Source of the DNA: Monocercomonoides exilis PA203
Lineage: Eukaryota; Protista; Preaxostyla
DNA length: 64,000 bases
NCBI GenBank assembly: GCA_001643675.2
Contig: LSRY02000027.1
Coordinates: 1,240,001-1,304,000, forward strand
Direction of reading: 5' to 3'
Numbering within the stretch: the stretch's first letter is position 1; each line of letters starts with the position of its first letter. Under the pieces are notes generated by a model. The model was not told the DNA's origin, searched no databases, and worked only from the letters and a program-made list of their open reading frames with translations. Shown in pieces: positions 13,291-26,005 of the stretch. Made by a program: the position numbers and the translations under genes.

Positions 13291-13789
13291 GAAAAAGAAG
13301 AATCATGCTTGACGCATTTCTTAAAGTGTGAACTATCTTTCTTTTATTCGGTTGATATTGATAAATTATCTGCATGACTGCCTCTTTTCTTTGCTGCTTC
13401 CGAAAATGACTATCATTTCCTTGTGCTTCTTTTAGCTGTGATGATAAGGCAGCAATCAACAAATTCAAAATGAATGCATTCAAGTTTTCCGAAATTTTCA
13501 CTTTTATTATGGTAACATTTTTGATCCAAAGATGCAGATTCTAAGACGCAAATTTTTTTGTTCGGAACGATTGACTATTATGTAAATAAACTATTAGTAG
13601 CAAAAAAAGCAGGTGTTGGAATCTGTTCTATGATCATGAGTTGATACATTATTTTTTGTTGAATTTAGCTTTGGGGTTTTTTGTTCAAACAAAAAAAATT
13701 TTTATGTTATTGTGAAATTAATAAATGCAATGTAAAACACACTTTTAAATATTTATTTTGCTAGTGAGTACATTTTCACATTTTTGTTT
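8849..13789 (-). repeat. Left arm of ~4.9-kb near-perfect inverted repeat
   Basis: Every ORF here has an opposite-strand twin whose coordinates sum to 39795 (e.g. 13034-13501 / 26294-26761). Identity ends at 13789/26006. One visible substitution (SDYSIYF vs SDYSIHF). Confidence 0.95.
12421..12520. repeat. 7-bp tandem repeat (TGAAAAA)n, about 14 units including variants
   Basis: Read directly; mirrored at ~27275-27374. Confidence 0.9.
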
Positions 13790-13923
13790 AATTTATTCGA
13801 TGAAACTTTTTTGTGATATGATTAAAAAAATGAGTGTAGTAATTGTTATTTTTATAAATATTCTATGAAAAATAGATATTTTTTCAAATGTGATCTGAGA
13901 AAACCAAAAACTGAACAAAGATG

Positions 13924-16010
13924 TTAAAAATAAAGTCTTTTGAAAAATCCAAGTGTTGCATTCCATCCTTCATCACGCATTGCTTGCCAATATGAACTCC
14001 AATTTTCAGCATTGATTCGATGTATTTTGCTATCATCACATTCAAGAAATTGAAAATCATCCAATTTTGCATTCTCATTTTCCAGAACTACAGAAATGAA
14101 GTGACCTTTTTCGTGGATTTCTGTGGAATGAAGAATATATCCGATTAATTTGTAATTAAATGAAGGCTTATCAACGTGCGAAAATGAAGATGGTAAAATG
14201 TTTGTGTTTTCAATTTCAATTGAATTTTGTGTTGATCCAATACCTTTAAATGTCAAGAACAATGAAGGAATAGACAGTGTTTTGGGTTGTGGATTGCTGT
14301 GAAAGATGCACAAGAATTCAGGAAATTTTTCTATTTGAAGCCATCTGTGAATGAATGAAGGACAACGACAATATTCATCCACGCACAATTGAGTGTGACT
14401 TGTAAATGAAGAAGTCAGAACCAACTTTAATCCATTTTCGAGTGTGGAACCATTAATGGTGATAAATGATGATGCTTTCTGATTTTTAATTCGCAAATGT
14501 TTGCAAGATTCACATTGATAGAAAGTTGATAGATGAGGATCAAATTGACGAATAGAAAAAAGATCATCACTATAAACAGTGTGCAATAATACTGCGTCAA
14601 TCACATCCTGAATAACTTTTTCCTCTGTTGGGCTTCCACAGTACTTGGAAATGAAATTGTTCAGCTTTTTCTCGTTCCATTCTTTTTCTGTGACTTCATT
14701 CGCTCGCAGTGCGTCAAACAGCATACCAAACTGTAAACTATATCGTTCCTTTTTGTACGAAACACATTTGACACCAAGAGAAGCAAGGCATTGGCAAACA
14801 CTAGCTAATGCACATGACTTTTGAAAATTAGGCAACTGCCGACCGCTGGAGGAAGAGGCAGAAATGAACGAACGCGAATTCTTACTGCTGATGGACGCAG
14901 ATATTGATGAAGATAGAATTTTTTCGTCCTCGCATCTTTGAATGTGATCCATCACAACCTGTTGTATCATACTGCAATTCGAAAATGTCTATTAAAATGG
15001 AAGTTTTTTTGTATTATGAAAATACGATTCAAAAACATTGAAAATTTTTAATGAAAAAAAACTTTATTTCATACTTCTTTTTCATCAAGTGATTTCTCTT
15101 CCATAATTGATTCCTGTTCATCTTCTTCAATGTCTTCACATGATAAATCATTTCTAATTTGAAAAATAAGGAAAAAACGTTAAAAACAATTCAATTATCG
15201 AAAATCAGAAATAAGAAAAAACCAAAGAAAAATCACACTTCCAAGAAAAGAACGTTTGGTTTAATGTTTTTTCATTAATTGAAATAGTTTCTGATTCATT
15301 TTCTTTTTCATTCCTTTTGAATGAAGGTGTTGAAACGGGAGAAAAAACAGAGATTGGATTTGTAACAATGGTCTGAGGTGCAGATGGGAAATCGTTCGAC
15401 ACGGTAATTGGAGCAGAAACTGATATTGGAGTTGAAATAGAAACAGAAGCAGATGCAGGCAATGGAACTGAAGAAGAGAAGTGATTTGTGGAAGAAAATT
15501 GTGTTGATGCGAAGAACGGCTGTGATATTGTTATTGGAGATGATACGGTTATTGGAGCTGAAACCGTAATTGATGCAGAAGAAGAAGCAGACGATGAAAT
15601 TGAAATAGGAGCAGACACAGACACAGGAGCAGACACAGATACAGGGGTGGGCATAGAAAATTTAATTGCTGATTCGAAACTTGAAGAATGTGAATTTTGT
15701 TGTTGTTTTACATTCAGTTCGTTTGAATCTTTTTGTACAATTAAACAATTTAAAATAAAATTTTAATAAGAAATATTGCTATATATGTTATATAAATAAA
15801 CAAACTTCCTGTATTTTTATTGAAGCGATCCAAGATTACTCGGCCAATTGCATCATTTATAAAAAAGTCGCGTGCAACACGGTCAGCATGTTCTGTAGTC
15901 ATGTTTTCAAAGAATTTGGACAATTTGTAAACGTCTGCCCGAATGCTGCTTTGCCGGAGGCTGCTATGTAATTTTGTGCGCTTATCATTTCTAGTCATAA
16001 ACATACTCAT
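13924..16010 (-). CDS. USP/peptidase C19-like deubiquitinase: N-terminal helical exon, Ser/Pro/Val-rich linker, USP domain; predicted 4 exons
   Basis: Cys box LPNFQKSCALASVCQCL; CESC and CVDEYC Zn pairs; FPEFLCI; His box YKLIGYILH...GHFISVV; FLECDDS. Three GT-AG introns (donors GTTTGT, GTGTGA, GTATGA) join ORFs 15750-16010, 15205-15654, a short acidic exon and 13924-14970 in frame. Confidence 0.8.
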
Positions 16011-16279
16011 TATTATGATTTTTATTATGGTTACCCATTAAAAAAATATCTTTAAAACCTCGATAACTTATTTTTTTTTTCTTACAAAACTCAAATTTGA
16101 AAAATAGATATGGTTAGGCAATTTTGAATTAAGCAATTAAGGTATGTCGCAATATTCATTTAACTGTTTTTTTCGCGTACAAACTGATACTTGTAGAAAC
16201 TATTGTAAAAGGAAAATGATGGAAAAATTTTGAGAAACAAAAAAAATCAAATATATTTAACTCTTATTTCCCAAACGCT

Positions 16280-16880
16280 AAATGCTTGCCTTTCAAGATG
16301 TTGATGCACAAGTGGAAAAACTTATTGTAAGTAGTTCAGTAAAATTGTTTCGGTGTAACTTCAAATTGTAATTTTACAAGATATCCCACTGCTCATGGAC
16401 GAGGAGACGATTCTCCTTATCCACTATTTAATTCAATTTGCACATTCTCAGATAACAGAGTGGATGGTTGTTCAATATCAGATTGGAGTGGAACTGGTGG
16501 TATTCAAATGCGTATGATATGACGTCAAACTGAAATTTTTTGTTTTCGAACTACAAGCGCTTTACAGATTAAGACGGAGATTCAACTAGATCACTCACAT
16601 TTCGTTGGACTCCAAATGATAAGCCAACTTAGTTTTCAATAAATGATTGCCAATTTATAAACAATAAGTTGACAAATTTTTCTACTAACAAAGGCACCTG
16701 ACCTTGTTGCACTGATGCTTTCACTTGGATGAGCGGGGCAAATTTCAACACGTTCTGTTTATTCGATGGTAATTCCACAACTAACGGAAGCTGAGACGAT
16801 ATGTTTTTCAATGGCAGCTTAATCCCATCTTCATTTGAGAAACGTTAATCAACAAGTCTAACAAAAAGAGTGTGAAATTG
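16280..16880 (+). pseudogene. Fragment of a beta-helix/pectin-lyase-like surface-protein family gene
   Basis: Hand translation FSINDCQFINNK...FCLFDGNSTTNGS*DDMFFNGS...STSLTKRV with stops; intron-like GTAAGT..AG and GTATGA..CAG segments. Confidence 0.4.
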
Positions 16881-16945
16881 AAAGCAACTAATAACTTCGA
16901 GAATGATAGTTGGCTTCTTTTCGTTTCTTTTTCTTGCTTCTTTAA

Positions 16946-17115
16946 ATGAAATATTATAATTCTTTTTCCTATTTCTCTTCTTCCTCTTCTTCCTCTTCTT
17001 CTTCTCATAACCAAATGACAACAGTGGCTCAGCTTTTAATAGAAAAAATGGAATTAAATCAAAATAATAAATATTATTATTATGATCATATTGAAGATAA
17101 ATCTTCTTCTTCTAT

Positions 17116-17151
<36 letters not shown>

Positions 17152-20100
17152 TTCTTCTTCTTCTTCTTCTTCTTCTTCCTTTCGATCATCCTCTTCTTCT
17201 TATCCTTCTGCCGCTCCACCTGTTCTGTCTAACCAACCACAAGGCGGATCCCTTTCAAAAAGATCGCACAAAAGAATAAAGGTGCTCTTCATCCCTGTGA
17301 TTTACACATTACGCACGTGTGTTGTTCTGTGTGCGATTGAAACAGACAAAGAGAAAAGAGGTGGATGTTCAGAGAAATTCACTTCTGATGGAGACATACA
17401 CGGACAGTTGCAGTCAGTTCGTTCTTCTCCAACATCCTCAATGATGCCGCAGAGACGAGAAGAAGAGCAAGAAACAAACGAGATGCAACGAATGCAGTCG
17501 AAAAGCAACGCAACTGCATTGCATGTGGTGATTGGCCTGGGGATCCTTCCCTCTGCAACTGTTGTGATGTGCACAGTCACAACACGGAGAAGGCAATTGC
17601 GAGAAATGATCTTTCTCTGAGCCAGCTGAACCACGCGTTTGCCCACGAGTTTGCACAAGCAGAAGAGGCTCACAACCGCAACGATGGACTGCTCCACACA
17701 GAGGCTGGCACAAGCTTGCTGCAGAATCTGCTGCATTTGCCGTTCTATTTGGGTGCTGCTCCGCTGGGAAGCACGACGTTTTGAAGATCGCGTACCAGAC
17801 TCTAAGTCTAATTGATGCTCATGCTGTGTTTGAGATCGGGCGAGGAGCACAGACGACTGCGATGCATTTTTTGGAACACGTGCTAATCTGCGAGGTGAAT
17901 GTGCAGATTCAGTCAATCGTGCTTCAGAATGAAGGAGGGACAAACGTTGACTGCTGACTCAACCTGACTGAAGTGGAGCGTCTGAATGCGTAGGCAACTG
18001 ATTTCACTCTGTTTGAGTGCCCTGCCATGAGAGGGATTGCACCGGCTTTTGGGAAGCAAATGATATTCTGGAGCTTCCATTCGCTGACGAAAATAGGTCA
18101 TTTGGTTAGGATTCCGATCAAGCTGGGAATTACATACAGCGCAATGAATGGGATGAATATATGCGCAGTTGGAGGAGGCTCAGGTGAAGAGGAAGAAGCA
18201 ATGAAATAGAAAGCATCGTAGGCACATGGAGCCAGTGCTGCAAGCGCTGTTGACAAGCGACGACTTTATCGCAAAGAAAGACGTTGAGCCGCTTGAACAT
18301 GAAAAAACGACAACAATTCTAGGCTCCTCATTTTCCTCTTTCTGCTCTGTAATATTTATAGCAGCATGAGCGAATTGACTTTATGAGTATGGAGGGTTGG
18401 ATCATGGAGAAGAGGCTGGTGTGTCTGGTGTGTCTGCGCATGAAACTACATCTAGCGCCGCAGAAGAGGGCGAATGAGAGAAGAGAGAAGAGAGGCATCC
18501 TGTTTGACTAGTAAGAGAGCCATCCGCTGATCAAGTCGCAGATTGAGACGATTCAGCCGATCAGAGGAGAGGTTGCAGAAGGAGGGAAATGTGTGTGTAT
18601 TGTGGAGCTGCATGCACCAATAGCTGCACAATTCGTTGACACTTCACTTCAATTCCACATCAGAGATGCAATTTTCACTTCCTCCATCTAGAATTCTTCA
18701 ATTGAAAATCAGAATTCTTCATCGTCTTTTTCCATTAATGGTGTTTGTGCAAGTTCAGAAGTTAATCAGATCTTTTCCAATCATCTTTTCCCTCCAACAT
18801 ATTGTTCTTCTTCTGTGAATGGCGCTTCTTCTTCTTCATCTTCTGTTGTTGCATCCAACTTTAACTCAGGCAGCTTTGATGATCATTCCATTATCGCCTC
18901 ACTATCCACGCAGCACTCTCAACTGGGAAAAATCAAAGGACTTCCTTCTTCTTCGTATCCTGTACCTTCTCAGTCTTCATCTTCCTCCTCACTTGCAATT
19001 GCCCCGCATCAACCAAGCATCCGCAAGCAGCCACCGAGAGTGAGCGTCATTGAGCGCATGACGAAATCAAGGGGCATTCAGACAGCCTCTCGACTTGAGC
19101 AGTTCCACCATGTCCTGGAAAAAGCGAGAGACGAAGAGAAGTCGTTTCTGTTGGTGCTGGCGAGGCGGTCTGTTGATCCCCTTTCGGCAACTGCTGCATT
19201 GACGCTGCAATTGCGAAAAACGATCAGCAGCATTCTGCTTAATGAGGTCACGAAGCAGGAGCAGAAGATAGCAGCGCAGGCAAAAGAGGAGCAAAAGATC
19301 AGGATTTTGCAGAAGGAGAAGGAAAGAGAAGAACAATATGAGAGATAAAGAGAGGCGTTTGGGATGTACAACCTCACTCCAACGACGTAGGCCATGAAAG
19401 AAACATTTAGAGAGAACAAAAGAAACCTGATCATGCTGAAGGAGACTCGAAGAAGTCGCAGTGTTGGAGGAAGAAGGATGACTGATGCAGAAGAAGTGAG
19501 CGGAGTGAATGTTTCTCTTCCTCCTTTGTTGAATACGTCATCAAGCTCTTCTTCTGGTTCTGGTTCAGTTTCAGATTCATTGTATTTTCAGCAGGGAATT
19601 GTGCTTCTCGGGTCTATGCAATCACAAGGGATTCAGTGAATTCAAAGGCTTGTGCGAATTGGAGTTATGAATAAGCAACGCAGTGCATTTCGTCTGCCTT
19701 ATATGGGGATACAAGATCCAAATGAAGGAGGAAGAGTACATGAAAGATAAATGCCTCCGAAGAAAGAGTAGTTAAGGGGTTGGAAAAGCTGTAGGATTTG
19801 GAAGGAGATGATTTGGAACGAGGGATGAGGAGGATTCTAGCGAAAGAAAGGAAGACAGAGAATGGGATGACGGTTTTAGGGAGCCATACCAGAAGATATT
19901 TTTGAGAGTTTCATTAAAAAACAGCTCGGCTATCAGATTTTCGGAATGCATGGGGTTTCTTCCCTTTTGTCGATATTTCTGTTTCAGTCTCCGCTCGGTG
20001 CAAACAGAAATGGAGCTATTTCTTCTATTTCTGCTTCTTTATCTTTTTCTTCATCACATTCTTCTTTCATTACCTACACTTCAAACAACACGCAGATCAC

Positions 20101-20460
20101 AACTGTCTCAACTTTCTTTCTTGACCCGTCTGAAAGAAGGCCCCGCAGAGCAACTGAGTCTGTTCCGGGCAGCGTCAGAGGAGCTTCTGGAGGAGATGAT
20201 GAAAGAGCTGACAGGAACATATCCCTTCCTTCAGCAGGCACACGAATGCCTCTCCTTCAAGAAGCCCTGCCAGTTTGCAGGTCTGTATTCTTCGCATGCA
20301 TTACCGCTGAAGCTGATGAAAGTGAGCTAGTTTGCCTTTGCAAAGCTGCCCGCGCTGCCAGGGTCTCCGCAGGTGTTTGCGAGCAGAGCAGAAAGAGAAG
20401 GAGAAATATGTCTTGGCAAAAGAATAGAAAAAGTCAGATTGTGGCTTTATCTTGGTAACA
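16946..20460 (+). pseudogene. Mosaic of decayed Ser-rich and coiled-coil gene fragments (cargo)
   Basis: Coding-like composition but only short broken ORFs (16946-17620, 18815-19348, 19946-20458); no recognisable domain. Confidence 0.35.
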
Positions 20461-21373
20461 ATTTTCCAAGATTGATCATGAAACATTCTTCAGAGTTACT
20501 CGTAGCTCCATTCTAATTCTTGTTTGATTTTTTTCACTTCTTTATGCCAGCAGAAATAATATCATATCTTTGTTAATTGTTTCATCATAAAGAAATAAAT
20601 GTTTGTTTCAACTCTTCATTATTGAACTCAAACACTTTCATTTATTAATTCTTCATCGTTGACAGTGTGTGAATATGAAAATAAAATAATTACAAGTTTC
20701 TTTGTTTTCATTCATATTCAAGTTTAAAAATATCAAAAAAATTCAATAAAGAGTCAAAGCCTTCTTGTTTTAACAGCATTTCTTTATCACAATTGAACAA
20801 ATGAAATATTCAATTTTAAAGGAAGAGTGTCAACACAAATAAGGAACAGGAAATATCTGATAAATGAATATGCAATAACAAACAAAAAACAAAAAATAAA
20901 ACGCTCACTCAATCATGTTAATGTGCTAATATTTTCTTTTATTAATGAATTCCCAAAATATTCAAACAAAATCTTATCGCACAAATAAAAATAATAATCT
21001 AAATAAAAAGATAACAAAAGATAACTTTTATTCTGGGAAGTATTTGATCTCATGGTGCAGAATCTATCACCCAAATATTGATATCATATATGCTTATTTA
21101 TCTTATAAAGATTCCAATGTGAGTCAAAAAAGAGGATGATAGAAACTGCATATGCGGATCAACAATTGACCATTATGAACTTGTTTTTTCAACTTTTGCA
21201 AAAAACAACATGAAAATTTTTGCTTAAATAGATAAATGAAATTATTATTGTTCTGTATTTTTCAATTTTTGCTTTAATTATTTCAAAGAAAATAGAAACT
21301 ATATCTTTTCTGATTCATCTTTTCTCATTCTTTTGATTAAATTAACCATAACAAATATCTTCGATTCTTTTTG

Positions 21374-24300
21374 ATGTCATTTTCCAATCCAAATTCAACA
21401 TTATCATCTCGATGCAGCATTTTATGGAAAGAAATACAACGCATCGGTGGAGATGACGTTGATTCTTTGCTTGCCTATTTGTTTTACAATTATAGGCAAT
21501 CGTCTTCTGTGATTAATGATTTACTGAAATCCTTGAATGGTATAGACTTCAAAATTTTTTGATTGTGAATAACTTATATTAATATTTAATAATATTTATT
21601 TATTAATTTAACTTATTTTTTTGTTATTATGAAAACTTAGAATATTACGAAATACTTCTGAAAGATCTCTCAGTTGTGTACAAGCATGCACAATTGCACA
21701 CGCAAACGATGATCCTACAAGCACTGACGCGCAACGCATCATTATCTGAGCTTCTGGACTATGGATTTGATATCACAGAAGGAAAATATAATTACGCCAA
21801 ACAAACTCTCACAAGAAACCAAGGATTTTTAATTCCAGCACAATTGCCTCACCCACCATCATGCAAAAGTGGTTTGTATAAAATTTTACAATAATTTCTT
21901 TTTTTTCTTCTTTAATATTTATTCATTATTTTTTTATTTTGTTTAGGTCTTAATGAACAAGATTGGGAAAAGGGCAACAATTGGATGTTGGCCCATTCCA
22001 CAGAAGCATCAACGTCATTGCAATCAGCCAAGAAAAAACCAAAAAGGGTTCCTGAATACGCGCAGTTCATAGATGAATCTGCATGGGATGATATAATTAT
22101 TACAGAAAAAAATAATTCAAGCAATGAACAATATTCTCCATCAAAAAAATCTCATCAACAAAATAAAAAATCAAATTCCATGTCAGAAAATAAATCCTCT
22201 TCATCAAAATCTTCTTCATCTCACGTGGTTAGTGATCCAATTAGCACACCACTTAGAGCTGAAAGAAGTTCAACAAAAATCAAACAAAGAAATGCACTTC
22301 ATCATCGTCATTCTTCTCCATCACCTATTCCAATTTATAAACTTTTCAAACAAAAAACTTCCATTTTATCTTCCTCATCTTCCTCTTCCTCTTCCTCTTC
22401 CTCTTCCTCTTCATCCAAAAAGCAACAAAAAGAAACAACAAACACTTCTTCCTTCAGCAACAATGATGTATGGGTTAGTGATCAATTGCTTAATTATGTC
22501 ACTTCTCCAACACTTATTCCTCCACAGGCATATCGAGATTTTCTGTCTTCATTTGCAAAAGACAGCAACACTTCTCTGTCTCCACAAAAAACGCATTCAA
22601 ATGAAAGTGATAATTCAAATCATGAAAGTCATTCGAATATCATTTCAAATAATAACACAATGGATCTTCATCCTTCAAATTGTTCTTTCTCTCCATCGAC
22701 CTCTTCAAGCATCAAAGCCACTGCAATCGCCTCATCAAAAACTCAGAAAGGATTAAAAAACCTTGGAAACACTTGCTATCTTGCCTCTCTCCTTCAATGC
22801 ATATCTTCAATCACTTCACAAAAACAATCAATTATTGAAACCATTTCATTAAAAAACAATTTATCTTCTCGAGTATTGAGTGTTTGTCAACAATTGGCAA
22901 AAGATGGAATGGCAGTGCGTTCATGGTCCCCATCGCTGATCAACAAATGGGAGACATTTTGCGAATACGGAAGCAGGCAACAACAGAATGTGATAGAGTC
23001 ATTTGAAAATCTTCATCAACTTCTGCAAAATGACAAGATAATTAAAAAGGACACCTTCAATCCAGTGCTCATCACTCATTTCAAATGTCAAAAATGTCAA
23101 AAAGTTTCAAATCATTTTAATGAATCTTGTTGCAATGTTATCATAAATTCATCCTCTCCTCAAAAAGGTCTATCTTCTATCTTTTCAACTGAGATATTGA
23201 ACGGAAAAAATGCTGTCTATTGCAACGATTGCAAAGAGAAATGCTGTGCTGCGAGATGGGAGGAAATGGTTGCATTTCCAGAGGTTCTAGCCCTCTGTCA
23301 TGAATGCACTGGCACAACAAGCTCTGCACCTTCAAGAATACTTATGATTGAAACTGATCGTGCCAACAAGCGCACATTTATCAAAGGGTTTATAAACGAA
23401 AAAGAAACTCCGCTTCAATCAAAAAACAAAGAAATAGTAATCTATCATCTTGCTGGACAAATAATCTACAAACGCTTGGATCAGAGCAATGGCCACTTCA
23501 TTGCTGTTGTGAAAAAAAAGAGTGATATTTGCAGTTGTTGGAGAATTTGCAACGATGCTGATGTCAATGATTTTGATAGTGACAATTGGATAAAGTCCTG
23601 GAATAATCTATATGCCCAGGGTTTTACTCCTTGCCTAACATTCTACACAAAAGAAAAAACAAAACCGACATTTTCAACGCTTCAATTTGGTGGTGCTTTT
23701 TCTTCTTCAAAAGCATCGAATATAAACACTTCAAATAACAGATCGTCTTCATCGTTATCATCAACATCACCTTCACCATCCTCATCACCATCCTCATCCT
23801 CATCATCATCATCTCTTTCTTCTTCTTCGTCGTCGTTGTCGTCGTCTGTCACACCACCTCATTGTGCAACTTCCATTCCTCCACTCTCTTCTTCAATTTC
23901 AACAAGTTATGGATTGGAAGCCTTAAAGGAAAGAAGAAAGAAAACGGGCATCTTTTCTCCCAATGAAAAGAGATTAATCTTCAAGCCCAAGACTAAATTA
24001 TGGAAAGAGTTTTCAGAAGAAACGAATATCACAGTTTCTCTTTCCCATTTCTACAAACTCACCACCAATTTCTCCAAAGCGAAAAGACGAACGGATCTCT
24101 GCGGCATGTGTGAGAAGTTGGACTATCTCGAGAACAAACTTAAATCTTCTCAAAACAAAAATGGACTTTCTTCTGCCGAGTTTCACACACTCAAACTTCT
24201 TCGTCAACATCGTCTTGTTGCAGAAATGCAACGAAAACATTATCAATCAACTGTCGACAATCTGAAAGAGGGAGAAGCAGCCTTCGTCTTCGACTTCAAA

Positions 24301-25209
24301 GAAAAATGGAAACTCCCCATCAGAAAGAACCAACTTCAACAAGAATTCTTCAATTATCAACAGGTTTCTCAATTCACAATCATCTCTCTTCAAAAAATAA
24401 ATAATCAACAAATAAAAAGAACTTTCAACTTCTTCTCTGACTGCCTTTCAAATGATCACAGATTTGTTATTGAGTGTCTGGAATCTGTGATCAAAAGGCA
24501 CTTCTTCTCAGACACTCACACTTTTAAGTTCTTCTGCGATTCGGGTCCTCATAACCGAAATCGCTTCCTTCTTCACTTCATCCTTTCAAAACAATCAAAA
24601 CTTCTTAAAAAGAAAAATACTCAACTCAACTTCTTCGCTGAGCATCATGGAAAAAATATATGTGATAGTGAATTTGGTGCGCTAGTGAATGCAATCGACA
24701 ACAATCTTTCGACAGAACACATCACCACACTTCATGACTTGATCAACTTCTTCGAAAACAATATGAACACTTCAACATCAGCTTCTTCAACTTCTCGATC
24801 AAACATTTTCTCAACATCATCATCAAACTCTTCACCATCTTCAACATCTGTCAATAAGTTTGAGCATGAGAGGTTCTTTGAAGAGTACGTACCATCTCAG
24901 CAAATTTCATGGCCATCATTGTCAGTTCCACACATGAAAGATTACTTGTATTTTGAGCGCAAGGGCTCATTTGTCTGTGCTTCAGCTGTTGGATATCTTC
25001 CTCAACGCTCTCTGGTTGCCCTCGAATCTTCGACAATGAAAGAAAAAGTCCAAAGATCAAGAAAGTCATTTCACTCTGATATCACATCATCAAACTCTTC
25101 TCTTCTTTCTCAATCTTCTCAAGATCTTCTTTCAAGGAGATTTGAGCTTCTTCTTGACTCTTCTTCTATTTGTGAATCTCAAAATTGTTCTTTTGGTGTC
25201 CCCTATTAA
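21374..25209 (+). CDS. USP (C19 deubiquitinase)-Sola-like DDD transposase fusion, ~1219 aa; exons 21374-21539, 21641-21871, 21947-25209
   Basis: USP: GLKNLGNTCYLASLLQC (Cys 22774), QQNVIESF, CQKC/CNDC, YHLAGQI..GHFIAVVK (His 23494), WRICND. Transposase: KRRTDLCGMCE..QH, VFDFKEK (D 24292), FFSDCLSND, FFCDSGPH.RN (D 24538), FFAEHHGKNICDSEFG (D 24664). Two phase-1 GT-AG introns give one open frame. Confidence 0.88.
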
Positions 25210-25213
25210 GAAA

Positions 25214-25360
25214 CTAGTTGTTGTGTATGCTTAGCTGGCACTCTATCGGAAGGGTGCTGGACATGACTGTTCGTATAAGATACTACAGCCTTCTGGCTGC
25301 AATATCCGGACCTGGATACGACGAACAGCCTCCCAGGTGCTCAACAGTTAGAATCCGATT
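25214..25360 (+). ncRNA. Putative structured RNA element (multibranch, possible pseudoknot) immediately after the transposase stop
   Basis: Stems 25214-28/25337-51 (14 of 15 pairs, including G-U), 25235-43/25252-60, 25267-74/25321-28, 25286-90/25295-99, 25303-08/25313-18; loop ATCGGA (25245-50) complements TCCGAT (25354-59). Confidence 0.45.
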
Positions 25361-26005
25361 GTTTTCTTGTGCTTTTTGTCCCTATAATGTCCCTATTATT
25401 TAATTGGTTATTGTCCCTATTATTTTTGTATATATTGAGATTCATTAATAGAGAGAGTTGTGAGGGAATTCATTGATCTTTGGGTAAGGTTTTTGGAAGG
25501 GAGAGTTGACGAGAGTGTGAAATGTTGTTTTATCATTGTGTCTGTCTTTTTTCTTTGTTGGATTTGATCTTTTTGAGTCAAAGTGAGAGAAATATCAGAA
25601 AGGGGAGAGTGGATGGAAAACAGAGGGAAAATAGACAAGTTAGTTTTTGAACTTTTTATATAAGTATTCTTTTTTGTTTGGAATTGTCTTTGATACCACG
25701 TATTTGTTGAAATAGTGCTATTTCTTCTTATATTTTTCATTGTTCAAAATTGTTGATATTTAGTTGATATTTGGTGATTGTTTTGAGATTATGTGATAGA
25801 ATTATGTTTTTTTGAAAGTTATTGAATCTGATTTGAAATATTCTAATTGTTTTCTATTTTTTATCAATGATTAATATCGTGAAGTTCTATTTATTTATTT
25901 ATTTATGTAATTTTGATTGGTGAACGATTGATTATTTTTTTCATTTCATCAAAATTTCAATTCACAATAAATATCCAGCTTGTCTTAAATGAAAATTACA
26001 ATTAA

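Noticed and set aside
21066-21076. ATCACCCAAAT as an internal right end
   Set aside because: Only 7 bp match; it lacks the TCAAAAA(T)AATC context of true ends.
25214-25360. Hammerhead, HDV-like ribozyme or tRNA identity
   Set aside because: No CUGANGA/GAAA core on either strand, HDV nested pairing is incomplete, and no cloverleaf forms.
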